Part shown: positions 18,582 to 28,408 of the stretch, piece after piece
Position numbering within the stretch: the stretch's first letter is position 1
Layout of the letters: every line of letters starts with the position of its first letter
Assembly: GCA_040754655.1 (NCBI GenBank)
Contig: JBFMCE010000008.1
Coordinates: forward strand, 1-55,115
DNA length: 55,115 nt
Origin: Bdellovibrionota bacterium
Lineage (GTDB): Bacteria > Bdellovibrionota > UBA1018 > UBA923
Direction: 5' to 3'
Notes under the pieces: generated by a model
Database searches by the model: none
The model's input: the letters and a program-made list of their open reading frames with translations, nothing else
What the model was told of the DNA's origin: nothing
Position numbers and translations under genes: made by a program

Positions 18582-18630
18582 AGAAATGGGGCCTTCTCTC
18601 TTGAAAAAGAGGAGGTCCCATTTCTATTTT
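18582..18630 (+). terminator. Intrinsic terminator (likely bidirectional with the convergent vapC)
   Basis: AGAAATGGGGCCTT...GAGGTCCCATTTCT stem followed by ATTTT. Confidence 0.7.
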
Positions 18631-18680
18631 CTAGGATCTGATTAATTCAAATAATTAAATTTTTGCAATTCATGTGCAGC

Positions 18681-19042
18681 CTACCGAACAACAACGACAT
18701 TTGGAATTCCTGCAAAATCATTGTCGAGAGTTAAAAGAGAAACACCCGCCTCTTTGGCAAACGCAAGAATCAAGCTATCCGCCATCGCAAGCTCAAACTC
18801 AATTGAGAGATCAGCTGCATAAAGCGCGATTTCGCGCGTAAGATCGAGTGTTCGGTACTTTTCAAGAAACCCATCGCTTCCAAAGCCTCTGATTCTGAAA
18901 CTCTGGTGCGAAGTTTTTTATAGCACTCATAGAAAGCGATCACCGGAATAAAAACCGGCTCACCCGACATCTTTTCAATACACTTCTGATGGAGGGGACG
19001 TTTCAGCAAAAGTTCCAAGATGACTGAACTATCAATGACCAT
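18681..19042 (-). pseudogene. vapC: VapC/PIN toxin, frameshifted by a 1-nt deletion
   Basis: MVIDSS...FYE in one frame and LDLTREIALYAADL..LAMADSLI...LLTLDNDF in the adjacent frame. Total 362 nt; break near the A4 run at 18859-18862. Confidence 0.8.
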
Positions 19043-19043
19043 C

Positions 19044-19265
19044 TCAAACCTTGCGATCTTTTTTCTCTCGCAGACCTTTAAGGTCTTGAGCAGTGAACTT
19101 ACCAACAAGCTTGGACTGGATTTCTTTCAGATTTCGAACGGGAACGAGATAGGCAATGCCGCCTTTGGCAATCACGCCGACCTGCATGCCAGGCTTAATA
19201 CCCAGCGCTTTTCTCACCTTTTCGGGGATGACAATCTGATACTTGGGCGAAACTTTCACAGTCAT
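19044..19265 (-). CDS. AbrB/MazE/SpoVT-family antitoxin
   Basis: VKVSPKYQIVIPEKVRKALGIKPG; sits immediately upstream of the PIN toxin. Confidence 0.9.
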   Translation of the reverse strand: MTVKVSPKYQIVIPEKVRKALGIKPGMQVGVIAKGGIAYLVPVRNLKEIQSKLVGKFTAQDLKGLREKKDRKV

Positions 19266-19328
19266 ATTGAAGCCATTGTAACCCAAACTGTCGATCGACG
19301 TTAATACCGTTTAACCAACGAACCAGCG

Positions 19329-20048
19329 CTACTTCACAGCCGCGATCGCAGCCGTTTGAATCTCCATCAACTCTTTGAGCGCTACCGTTGCATGGTCGGT
19401 CATGCTGTCCATATCGGCTCTAGAAAAAGCTTCGTGTTCTGCCGTTCCTTGAATCTCAACGAACAAGCCCTTACCCGTCATGACAAAATTCATATCGACC
19501 CCACATGATGAGTCTTCATCGTAATCAAGATCAACCAAAACTTTGCCGTCTTTCATGCCCACACTCACAGCAGCCACCTGATCGACGATCGGGGTTTCTG
19601 CCCAGCCCTGAGCTTTTTTAAGTTTATTGATCGCCAGCACTAATGCCACATAACCACCGGTGATCGAAGCCGTGCGAGTGCCACCATCGGCCTGCAAGAC
19701 ATCGCAATCGACCATGACCGAACGCTCACCCAGACGCTTGAGGTTGATCACCGTGCGCAACGCCCTTCCCACCAGGCGCTGGATCTCATGCGTGCGGCCT
19801 GACATCTTATCGCGCTCGCGCTTCATGCGGGTGTGGGTTGAGCGCGGAAGCATGCCATATTCAGCAGTGATCCAGCCCTGACCCTTGCCTTTAAGCCACT
19901 GTGGCACCGACTCTTCAATCGAAGCCGTGCACAAGACTCTCGTGCGACCGAATTCAACGATCGCCGAACCTTCAGCGTATGCATTGACTTGGGTCGTGAT
20001 TTTCACCGGACGCATCGCGGAACTCAAACGATCGTATGAACGCGGCAT
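19329..20048 (-). CDS. rph: Ribonuclease PH
   Basis: [27 protein letters not shown] and [13 protein letters not shown] motifs. Confidence 0.97.
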   Translation of the reverse strand: MPRSYDRLSSAMRPVKITTQVNAYAEGSAIVEFGRTRVLCTASIEESVPQWLKGKGQGWITAEYGMLPRSTHTRMKRERDKMSGRTHEIQRLVGRALRTVINLKRLGERSVMVDCDVLQADGGTRTASITGGYVALVLAINKLKKAQGWAETPIVDQVAAVSVGMKDGKVLVDLDYDEDSSCGVDMNFVMTGKGLFVEIQGTAEHEAFSRADMDSMTDHATVALKELMEIQTAAIAAVK

Positions 20049-20052
20049 AAAT

Positions 20053-21243
20053 TCAGTAAACCTCCTTGAGAGCAGACTTTTCGCTGTAGCGCTTCAAAGC
20101 TTGAACGACGCCTTTCACGAAATCATCGCGAAAGTTCACGTCCATCAACCTTCCCCGGTCGCCGGTGCTCGACAAAAACCCGATTTCAACCAAAGCCGAG
20201 GGCATAGCGACCTGGGATAAAACATAAAACATGGCTTGTTTCACCCCCCGATTCTTTAAGCCAAAGCGAGAATCAAGGGTAGACAATTCTTGTTGGATGA
20301 GTGCGGCCACCAAAGCGCTGTCTTGTATGTACTTGGTTTGCTCCATGTCGATCAATATCTTTGTGACGGCGTCATTCGAATCTTTGATGCCAGAGCTCTT
20401 GAGCCACGATTCGTTCTCAAGCAGGGCAAGCTTTCTGGCATCTTTGTCAGTGGCTTCAGTGCTCAAGATATAGGTCTCTACGCCTTCGATGCTTGCGCTC
20501 GGGGCATGATTCACATGAAGACTCAAGAAAAGGTTCGCACCCTTTGAATTGGCGAATTTCGCGCGGTCAGGCAGGCTCACATACCGGTCTTCTTCACGCG
20601 TCAAGAAAACCTCAACCCCCGGCATCTGCCGCTTGATCTCGTCACGCAATTTCAAGCCGTAGATCACCGCGACGTCTTTTTCATGGATGCTGCCAAAACC
20701 AGTTCCCCAGTCGTTGCCCCCGTGGCCGGGGTCTAAGACGATCACGCTCAAAGCCTGGGCAGGCTTGGGCTCAGCCATTGAAACAGAATTCGAAGTTTTT
20801 TTGTTCTGAGGGGCCTTTGACGCCGCTAGTGAGGGCGCTTGTTTTTCCTCGATATAACCTAGCTGAAGGCTCACGGCGAGCTTTGAGGCCAGATCAATCG
20901 GAAGCAGATACCCCTCGCCGCCATGGCTTAAGATGACTCCCTCGAAATCAACGATCTTTCCATCAACTAAAGCCACATGGGTCAGCGAGCTTACGATCGC
21001 ACTCAGGCGTTCTTGTCGATTTTGAATGATCACCCGGTGTTGTGGCCACTGATAAAGCGTCTGACAACCTAAGGCGTAACAGAACTGCTTCACCGAGACA
21101 TAAGTTTGATTCTTCTTTTTGACTGTCGAAAGGGTGCCTCGCGCCTGGCGGTCCTTGCCTGGGCTCACAAAATGCCAATCGGCTACGGCGGACCACGGCA
21201 CAATGTGCGCCAGAACGAGAATCAGAAACGAAATGAACCTCAT
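20053..21243 (-). CDS. N-acetylmuramoyl-L-alanine amidase (Amidase_3, AmiC-like)
   Basis: LDPGHGG, EK, LTR, SLHVN and LVEIGF motifs; signal peptide. Confidence 0.92.
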   Translation of the reverse strand: MRFISFLILVLAHIVPWSAVADWHFVSPGKDRQARGTLSTVKKKNQTYVSVKQFCYALGCQTLYQWPQHRVIIQNRQERLSAIVSSLTHVALVDGKIVDFEGVILSHGGEGYLLPIDLASKLAVSLQLGYIEEKQAPSLAASKAPQNKKTSNSVSMAEPKPAQALSVIVLDPGHGGNDWGTGFGSIHEKDVAVIYGLKLRDEIKRQMPGVEVFLTREEDRYVSLPDRAKFANSKGANLFLSLHVNHAPSASIEGVETYILSTEATDKDARKLALLENESWLKSSGIKDSNDAVTKILIDMEQTKYIQDSALVAALIQQELSTLDSRFGLKNRGVKQAMFYVLSQVAMPSALVEIGFLSSTGDRGRLMDVNFRDDFVKGVVQALKRYSEKSALKEVY

Positions 21244-21307
21244 CTATAAAGGTTTACGAGAAAATCAACCGCTTTACAATACACCGCTCTCGGGTAGATA
21301 AGGGGCC

Positions 21308-22174
21308 ATGGCAAAAACCATCTTAGACCACGCCGAAGTAGATCGCCTTATCGCTCTTGCTCTTGAAGAAGACGGCGTCGAGAACGATCTGACTTCATTG
21401 GCAACGGGTTTAGAATCGCGCTCGGATAAAATCGTTCGCGCCAGCATTGTCGCAAAAAAATCCACGATTGCAGCGGGTTATCCGATCCTAGAGAAAATCT
21501 TGAAATTGGCGCGAGCAGATCAGAGCTTGCGAGTCTCTTCGCTTGCAGCCGAGGGAGCATCTTTAGCAGCAAATACCCAGTGGATCATCTTCGAAGGCCG
21601 AGCGATCGATCTTCTAAGGCTAGAACGCACGATATTGAACTTTCTGATGCGCATGTCAGGAATCGCCACCGCCACCAACGCAGCCGTGGCGGCCGTGCAA
21701 GGGACTCATTGCAAGATTCTTCATACCCGAAAAACCGCGCCTGGCCACAGGCGCACCGATGTGTACGCCGCTCTTGCCGCTGGCGCGCATCCGCACAGAC
21801 GTTCGTTAGATGACGCGATCTTAGTAAAAGAAAATCATTTGCGGGCTGCAAACTCGTTTCAAGAACTGATCGAGGGCATTCAAAAACTTCGCGACAAGGC
21901 AAGCTTCGTTGAAATCGAGGTCACTGACTTTACCGAGCTCAAACACGCGCTCATGGCGAAACCTGATCGCATCATGCTTGATAATTTTTCAGCGAGAGAC
22001 GTGGAACGCGCGGTGAATCTTTTCGGCTCTTCGGTGCAACTCGAAGCCTCGGGCTCGATCAACCTCTCAAATGTGAGGCAGTACGCTGAGACAGGGGTGG
22101 ATTTCATCTCGATGGGATATCTTACGCACTCCGCGCCATCGGCTGATCTCTCGATGCTCTTTGATATTCCATAG
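21308..22174 (+). CDS. nadC: Nicotinate-nucleotide pyrophosphorylase (carboxylating)
   Basis: ERTILNFL..MSGIAT, TRKT, KENH, EIEV, IMLDN and EASG motifs. Confidence 0.95.
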   Translation: MAKTILDHAEVDRLIALALEEDGVENDLTSLATGLESRSDKIVRASIVAKKSTIAAGYPILEKILKLARADQSLRVSSLAAEGASLAANTQWIIFEGRAIDLLRLERTILNFLMRMSGIATATNAAVAAVQGTHCKILHTRKTAPGHRRTDVYAALAAGAHPHRRSLDDAILVKENHLRAANSFQELIEGIQKLRDKASFVEIEVTDFTELKHALMAKPDRIMLDNFSARDVERAVNLFGSSVQLEASGSINLSNVRQYAETGVDFISMGYLTHSAPSADLSMLFDIP

Positions 22175-22965
22175 TGGCGATGATGTCTCAAACTCTCTTA
22201 AAAACCATCGAACTTGATGAATGCGACTCAACCAACGACGAAGCATGGCGATTTGAACCACGAACGCTCATACTGGCGAATCGGCAGCGTTCAGGCCGAG
22301 GCAGGCAAGGAAGAACTTGGGAAAGCGACGCCAGCGGGAACATCTATGCCTCGCTACATCTTGAACCACCAGGCTTGATGGCGCCTTGGATTCCGCTGGC
22401 AGCCGGCGTTTCTGCGATCGAAGCGTTGCAACATGCCTGTGAGGCGCTCAATTGCCCGACGCCACGAAATCTTCGGTTAAAGTGGCCCAATGACATCATG
22501 ATCGCCCACGCCAAAATGGGCGGAATTCTTTGCGAGTCACGCGTCATGGGCGAAAAACTCTCTGGGATCGTAGTGGGTTTTGGCCTTAACTTCTCTCATG
22601 CGCCGAAGATTTCATCGCTAGAAACTGTTGATTTGTTTGGCACCATCGACCTCAAACCTCAATCACAGCTTTCACCATCGCTTCGCAGCGCCGTTCGAAC
22701 CTTGATCGCACGCCAATGGGCCTTGCGTCTGATCGAGTGGAACAAGCTCCTCGCTAAGGAGAGAACCTCGGAGCTTCGCGAGGCATGGAAGACTTGGGCG
22801 AAACTTGAAACCTTCTCTGAACTCGAAGTGCATGACCGCAATGGCAAGAAGGTCTCTCTTCAAGCGCTTGATCTTGATGTTTCAGGGAAATTGAAAGCAG
22901 TCAGGGCTGGCGAAAACCCCCAGCACCCTGAAATCGTTTTCTTAGACCAAGCAGATTCTATTTAG
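22174..22965 (+). CDS. birA: Biotin--protein ligase (no N-terminal HTH)
   Basis: DSTN, QRSGRGRQGRTW, LKWPND and KMGGILCE motifs. Confidence 0.92.
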   Translation: MAMMSQTLLKTIELDECDSTNDEAWRFEPRTLILANRQRSGRGRQGRTWESDASGNIYASLHLEPPGLMAPWIPLAAGVSAIEALQHACEALNCPTPRNLRLKWPNDIMIAHAKMGGILCESRVMGEKLSGIVVGFGLNFSHAPKISSLETVDLFGTIDLKPQSQLSPSLRSAVRTLIARQWALRLIEWNKLLAKERTSELREAWKTWAKLETFSELEVHDRNGKKVSLQALDLDVSGKLKAVRAGENPQHPEIVFLDQADSI

Positions 22966-23006
22966 AGTTGGATGAACGTTACTCTTGCGAAGAGTACGAT
23001 TTAGCT

Positions 23007-24353
23007 TCAAGTTTCTGACAAGATTTTTTCAATTTCCTTGCGAATCACGTTCTCGGCGATCTGAGGCACAGCTTCTTTAGCGAGTTTTTCGATGGCAGCA
23101 GCCACATCTTTTCGAATCATCTGCTCGATCTCAGCGCGCGTGATCGGCGGGCTCACCGCGGCTGAGCCTGGCTGTTGTTGCGCCGACGAGGGTCGTTCAA
23201 ATGCCGGTTCATTCTGACCTGAAACCAGGCGAGGTTCTTGAGCAGGCTGCTTAGGCTCGGGTGGTTTTTTCTTTGGAGCGAAGTCTTTTCCAGAAATGAG
23301 ATCTGAGCCCGACGGAGGAGTGCGCAGCGGAAAGTTCGTTCCGCCATCATCAATCGGCTTTGACGGAGGGCTCATGAGCGTCTTAAGCGGCGCCTCGGCC
23401 CTTTCGGTGTGAAGGGGTTTTTTGATCTCAATCGTATTTTCAAGACGTTCAGGGGTTTGTCGTGGCCTAATCTCTGAAGGAGCCTTCATTTTCTTGCTGT
23501 CATCAAGGTTCCACTCAAACTCATCCAAACCCGACATTTTTATCGTAGATTCGGTCAAATCTTTGATGTCGTTTTCGAGAGCCCGGTGAGCCTGCGCCTC
23601 TTGAGCCTCTACATTCTCATCTGAATCGTCATGATCGTCTGGAACTTCTGGCGGGAGCACTCCAAGATCAGGGTCAGTTTTTTCTGGCGAAGTATAGACC
23701 GGCAACGGCGGCGGCATGGGTGACGCAAGCTCAATTGAAACAGGCTCACTCGTCACTAGCGGTTCATCGGGCACAACGGGGTGCATATCGGTCACTGGCG
23801 TGAGATCTGGCGTAGCAGGCAATCCCGGAATTTGCACTGGTTCAGTGAGCTCGATCGAGAGCGACTGAGGGCGCGGCGGAATCGGAGGCATGACAAGCCC
23901 AGGCCCTGTTACCTCTGGCGGCGGTGGGGGAGGAACATCAGCATTCGGGGTGGTTGCTTTCTTTCGAGGCGAGCCAGGTGAGCCAAGTTTTGACATCAGG
24001 TCAGCGACGGCCTTGCGCAACTGCGAAGGATCAAAAGGCCTTATGAGCCTTCCATGAAACTGAAGTTCATCGACGATGCGCTCGTCGACCTTCTCAAAGG
24101 CGCTCACCAATAAAATAAATCCAATTGAGGCTAGACCAGGGTTCTCATTGATCGCGCGTTTCACCGAATAGGCGTCGGCAATGGGCAGGGCAAGATCGAT
24201 CAATACGACATCCGGTTTTTCTTCTTGAATCGCGCGAATGGCTTCTTTGCCGTCTGAAACGGCAAGAATGTCATATCCCTCGGAAGAAAGCGCAAGTTTA
24301 ATGACTTTCTGAATCGTGACACTGTCGTCTGCGACAAGAAGCTTGCGACCCAT
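23007..24353 (-). CDS. romR: RomR-like polarity response regulator (receiver, Pro-rich linker, conserved helical C-terminus)
   Basis: LLVADDSVTIQKVI receiver, long Pro-rich region, and a C-terminus (IEKLAKEAVPQIAENVIRKEIEKIL) resembling the Myxococcus/Bdellovibrio RomR C-terminal motif. Confidence 0.75.
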   Translation of the reverse strand: MGRKLLVADDSVTIQKVIKLALSSEGYDILAVSDGKEAIRAIQEEKPDVVLIDLALPIADAYSVKRAINENPGLASIGFILLVSAFEKVDERIVDELQFHGRLIRPFDPSQLRKAVADLMSKLGSPGSPRKKATTPNADVPPPPPPEVTGPGLVMPPIPPRPQSLSIELTEPVQIPGLPATPDLTPVTDMHPVVPDEPLVTSEPVSIELASPMPPPLPVYTSPEKTDPDLGVLPPEVPDDHDDSDENVEAQEAQAHRALENDIKDLTESTIKMSGLDEFEWNLDDSKKMKAPSEIRPRQTPERLENTIEIKKPLHTERAEAPLKTLMSPPSKPIDDGGTNFPLRTPPSGSDLISGKDFAPKKKPPEPKQPAQEPRLVSGQNEPAFERPSSAQQQPGSAAVSPPITRAEIEQMIRKDVAAAIEKLAKEAVPQIAENVIRKEIEKILSET

Positions 24354-24484
24354 ATACATAAGTATTCCACTCGGGAAAATCAGTGTCAAATTTGATATTT
24401 TAGACGCAATGCAAAAATCGGTCTCAAAATCCGGTCGCGCGGTTGACCGCAAAAGAATCCTGTCTAAATAAGTCTAGTTGTGGG

Positions 24485-25840
24485 CTACTTCTTGGCTGCT
24501 TGGCGTTTCTTTTCGCGCTCGATTCGCAGCGCGACCAATGCTGGGTAGTCTGCATCAGGTTGCCGCTCTAAGAACTCGCGAATAGCCATGGTCGAGGTTT
24601 TCGCATCGATGACGATGCTGAAACCAGCATCCGTATTTGAGAAGTACTTGCCGATGATGATCGACTCAAATCCTTTATCTCTGACGTTCGAATAACCCCA
24701 AAGCACCTCACGAAGTTGATCGAGGGCCTTCAGATAGTCTTTGTAGCTGAGCCCGGTTTCCTTGCTCACTCTATAGCCCCAAATTCTGTAAATCTCGGTT
24801 TCCCAGTAGAGCGCTGTCGACTCGTTGATGCGCCGAGAATGCGACTCTGAAGAAACCCCTGACTGGCTAGCCTTTGTCTGATCTGCGAAACGTTCTAAAA
24901 TTTCTTCTTTTGTAGAGCCTACGCCGATCGCGACTCGGCCCGGTGAAAAAACTTCCCGATTTATGCACTTTGCGAGGTTATACAAAGAACGATCCCAAGA
25001 GAATTCGCAGGGATGAACATAAATCGTCCTAAAAAAACGGCCTCGAACCCACTCGTCGGTCGTAAGTTCCGAAAGCGATTTCAAAGTCTCGCGATACTCT
25101 TCAAGCTCAACCTCGCCATGTTCGACAAACGCAAGGCTAGTAGAGATCACACGCTCAAGCTCACGAACCTCATCAAGAAGCTTGCGTCGCTCGACTTCTT
25201 TGCGGAAGTTTCTACGCGGCTGATCCGAAAAATGATCTAAGAGATCTTCGGCAGAAGCGCGCAGACTGATGTTAAAGTTGCCAAACTCATTCATGTCTTC
25301 TTCGTCTTCTGATTCGCTCCACCAAATGTCGGTCATGCCTCTATTTCTAAGCTCGTCTTTTGAAGAAATGCTCGAAAGATTTTTGAGCGCCTCAAGATAC
25401 AAACCACGATCGACGCCACTCACAGGCGGGTGAAACCGATACTCAGCCAGAGTCTTTCGCAGGGTTCGCTCTGCCTTAATGATTTCTCGCTCACGATTGA
25501 GGTCTTCCTGCGATTGAGGTGGCGCTTCTAAAATGTGGAACGAACGGAACGCCGCAGCCGACGCTGCTGCCATCTGACCCAGGCCTTCGACTTCTTCTGT
25601 TTTCTGGCAAATTTGAAGCTCGGGATGGGTTTGGCAATTGATCGTGGTATTGGCAGGGTTACCGCCCGCACCAGAAGCGCCCTGTTGCTGTTGTGCGGGC
25701 GCTGAACTGGGTGATCCGCCACTGACACCGCCTTTTGAATTGCCAGGCTTCTCTTCAGAAGAGCAGCCGATCAGGGCGCTTACCACTGCGATACAGAGCA
25801 TGTTTGCAAGAGAACCCGAGCTTCTCATCTTCATTTTCAT
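24485..25840 (-). CDS. Lipoprotein with three copies of an uncharacterised ~80-90 aa repeat
   Basis: Lipobox LIGC, Gly/Ser/Gln linker, and repeats ending ISLRASAEDLLDHF..QP / IGVGSTKEEILERF..QT / IDAKTSTMAIREFL..QP. Confidence 0.75.
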   Translation of the reverse strand: MKMKMRSSGSLANMLCIAVVSALIGCSSEEKPGNSKGGVSGGSPSSAPAQQQQGASGAGGNPANTTINCQTHPELQICQKTEEVEGLGQMAAASAAAFRSFHILEAPPQSQEDLNREREIIKAERTLRKTLAEYRFHPPVSGVDRGLYLEALKNLSSISSKDELRNRGMTDIWWSESEDEEDMNEFGNFNISLRASAEDLLDHFSDQPRRNFRKEVERRKLLDEVRELERVISTSLAFVEHGEVELEEYRETLKSLSELTTDEWVRGRFFRTIYVHPCEFSWDRSLYNLAKCINREVFSPGRVAIGVGSTKEEILERFADQTKASQSGVSSESHSRRINESTALYWETEIYRIWGYRVSKETGLSYKDYLKALDQLREVLWGYSNVRDKGFESIIIGKYFSNTDAGFSIVIDAKTSTMAIREFLERQPDADYPALVALRIEREKKRQAAKK

Positions 25841-27381
25841 TCTTCAGCCTCTGGTCCAGAGGCATTGCGTGCCTCAATGAAATCGATGATTTCTTTTTCA
25901 GTGGCATTGCGGTTGATATCAATCGACTCATCATATGAAGAAAAGCGCGTGTTTATCGAAATATATTCATACACTTCGCCGTCAAGTTTTCCTTCTTTAG
26001 CGAGTTTCATCAACAATTTTAAGATCGCTCTTGAGGTTTCAATGGCCTTAAGATTAATAAGAGCAAGCTCACTTGAGATCCCATGATCGATTACCAGAAA
26101 AACACCACTCATTTCCTTAATCTCTGCCCGAGCGGCATCAAACTCTTTCTCGTACGCAATGGCTTCGATTACTCTAGGATCATTGCGATTAGGTTGCGCT
26201 CTAAGATGAGAAAGAATTTCTTCAGTACTTGCCCTCACGTCGATTCTTATATGCCTATGAAAACTGGTTAGAGGCTCAAAGCTTTTTCCAAAAACTACGA
26301 GTCCAAAGGCTTTGTCTCTTAAAACCGGGTCTTCTACTGCTCGTCCGAGCTTTTCAAGGCCCGCTTCAATTTGCCCAGGCAAAAGAGGTTTATTAAGACC
26401 CATCTTGCCTTCTTTATGCGACACTTGGCCATAGACGAGCACTGGCCAACCCGACTCGGTTTCGATTTCTCTTTGGAGAATATCAATCAAACTCTTTTGA
26501 AGCTCGACTTTAGCAGTGTTCTTCTTGGACTGCTTCAAAACATGCGTAAGAATTTCGATTCTTGAAGCCTTGGCATCGATCTCAATCGCAACATGATCTG
26601 CAAACTCACTCTGGCCTTTGAATTTAGTCCCAATCGTAATGAAATGAAGATCACTGTCGCGGGCTTGATCTCTAATCGGCTCGGCAAGGCTTAAGACCTT
26701 AAAGAGAGCCGATCGCAAGGTTTTCGCATCAAAAGAATCCCAGGCGATATCAATCGTGACCCCAGTTTCAAGGAAAAACTGACTGCGGTGAATTTCATGA
26801 AAGTCTCTTTTCAGCTCAACCTTTTCATAAAGCTCGTTCGCCAATTCATCTGTCTCGAGCAACGACGGAAAGAGGTGCTCAATGATTTGACCAGAAGTGG
26901 CACTTGCAGCGATCCATGAGACCCCATTCGAATCTAGCGGCCGAAACCCTCCTGCGACGATCAGAGTCTTTAATTTATGATCTATTTTTTTTTGTCCAAG
27001 CTTAACCAAATGCATGTGGTTATAGAGTTTGTCGAGGGCGCGAAGACAAGCTTTACCGCTGATCGCAATATGGCACTTCGCATTGATGTTGATACTGCCC
27101 ATGGCAGTAATGAGGTTCTCAAGATAGTCTTTATCATTATCATTGAGTTCATCTTTTTGTTTTGCGCCGTTCTGGTCGGCATCAGAAGTAGCAGCATCTT
27201 TTGAATCAGCGTCGCTTTCAGAATGAGCGTCGCTTTCAGCCGCAGCTTTCTGGTTTTCTTGAGCACTGGGTGTACCACCTGCACCCCCGCCCGATTGAGG
27301 TTGGTTTTTATCACCGCAACCACCAACCAAAACGAGGCAGGCAAGAACAACTGTATAGTTGAGCAGAGTGTGAGCATTCAT
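25837..27381 (-). CDS. Lipoprotein with four copies of the same repeat domain
   Basis: Start MNAHTLL (27381), lipobox VGGC, and repeats ending IAASATSGQIIEHL / IDAKASRIEILTHV / IDVRASTEEILSHL..QP / INRNATEKEIIDFI. ATGA overlap with the downstream gene. Confidence 0.75.
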   Translation of the reverse strand: MNAHTLLNYTVVLACLVLVGGCGDKNQPQSGGGAGGTPSAQENQKAAAESDAHSESDADSKDAATSDADQNGAKQKDELNDNDKDYLENLITAMGSININAKCHIAISGKACLRALDKLYNHMHLVKLGQKKIDHKLKTLIVAGGFRPLDSNGVSWIAASATSGQIIEHLFPSLLETDELANELYEKVELKRDFHEIHRSQFFLETGVTIDIAWDSFDAKTLRSALFKVLSLAEPIRDQARDSDLHFITIGTKFKGQSEFADHVAIEIDAKASRIEILTHVLKQSKKNTAKVELQKSLIDILQREIETESGWPVLVYGQVSHKEGKMGLNKPLLPGQIEAGLEKLGRAVEDPVLRDKAFGLVVFGKSFEPLTSFHRHIRIDVRASTEEILSHLRAQPNRNDPRVIEAIAYEKEFDAARAEIKEMSGVFLVIDHGISSELALINLKAIETSRAILKLLMKLAKEGKLDGEVYEYISINTRFSSYDESIDINRNATEKEIIDFIEARNASGPEAEE

Positions 27382-27413
27382 CACAAGCGACCTTCTTTCG
27401 TTAAGCGGTCGGT

Positions 27414-27444
27414 AGAATAAACTATCTTGACTGTTTTTGTCAAC
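27414..27444 (-). promoter_or_regulatory. Sigma-70-like promoter with overlapping TTGAC-N7-GTCAA inverted repeat
   Basis: Minus strand TTGACA-N18-TATTCT; inverted repeat at 27427-27443; near-copy at 29029-29059. Confidence 0.6.
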
Positions 27445-27589
27445 TAAATAAAGGTTAGTGTTCCTGAAAATAACCAATAAAATTCAAATAGTTACATAGA
27501 ACTACCCCAAACACCTTGACTTCCTTTCAATGCTCGAACCAAAAACTTACCCTAGCATCAGATCGAGAGAACTGTAATAATGCGTGTTA

Positions 27590-27761
27590 GACCCTCGTGG
27601 TTTTGGGGATAAGTTAAATTTGAACCTACAAGTCAATTTACCAAGGGGGCTGTCACTGACTGTGGTGTGCAAGCCTGTTAAATCAGGAAGCCTAAAGCAG
27701 TTATCACGGCGCCCACGTTAACCTTGGGTTTCAAATTGACACCCTCAAGACCTCAGGGGTC
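27590..27761 (+). ncRNA. ssrS: 6S RNA
   Basis: ~172 nt rod with pairing ends (GACCCTCGTGGTTTTGGGG / CCCTCAAGACCTCAGGGGTC), a TTTGAACC/GGTTTCAAA stem, a central A-rich bubble, and GGTGTGCA...GGAAGCCT...GCCCAC motifs typical of 6S. Confidence 0.85.
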
Positions 27762-27813
27762 GCAAATTTTGATGATAGTTTCTGTTAGGCCGAATTTACC
27801 AAACCCGGAATTT

Positions 27814-28392
27814 CTAGATCTGTGGTGATTTTTTTTCACCTTTCACTTTTATTTCGTGAACAGCCTTTTCAATATCAACGTCTGGCTGTCTCAGCTTCTC
27901 GATCAGTTTTCTACAAAGATCGCTGCTCAGTTGATAAAAGAAGCGAGGGATATCCTTTTCTTCGACGTCATCTTCAGCGTAACGCACTCTTACGGTCTCT
28001 CCATATTTGGCGAGAAGCATTTGCTTATGATCGATGTAACTCTGAAGCACCGCTATCATCTCATCTTTGAAAGACTCTGGGCTATTGGCATATCTTTCGG
28101 CAAAGTAGCGCCTGTGAAAGGAGTACTCGACAACGAGAATATTTTGCCCGTCTTTAATCTCCCATATAAGGATATCATCAATTTTCAGCCCAACCTCAGA
28201 AAGTGAATCGCCTGCAGCATAAACTCCGTCAGCTTCAAGCTCGGCTTCAGTAACCTCAACTACTGGCATTTTCTTTTCTTCGGGTTGACCGCCGCCGCCA
28301 TTGCCCGCAGGGCCTTTGCTTGAACACGCCATGAGCATCACTGCCGCAGCAAGAATTGAAATTTTCTTGAAATAGCTTTTCATATTCATCAC
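27814..28392 (-). CDS. Lipoprotein, paralog of the upstream gene
   Basis: LMAC-SSKGPAGNGGGG; shares AELEAD, VEYSF and IAVLQSYI..LLAKY pattern with 28409..28987. Confidence 0.8.
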   Translation of the reverse strand: MMNMKSYFKKISILAAAVMLMACSSKGPAGNGGGGQPEEKKMPVVEVTEAELEADGVYAAGDSLSEVGLKIDDILIWEIKDGQNILVVEYSFHRRYFAERYANSPESFKDEMIAVLQSYIDHKQMLLAKYGETVRVRYAEDDVEEKDIPRFFYQLSSDLCRKLIEKLRQPDVDIEKAVHEIKVKGEKKSPQI

Positions 28393-28408
28393 CTCACTAC
28401 TTTACTGA

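Noticed and set aside
18770..19108. 112-aa ORF as an intact gene
   Set aside because: It is the 5' part of the frameshifted vapC plus out-of-frame tails.
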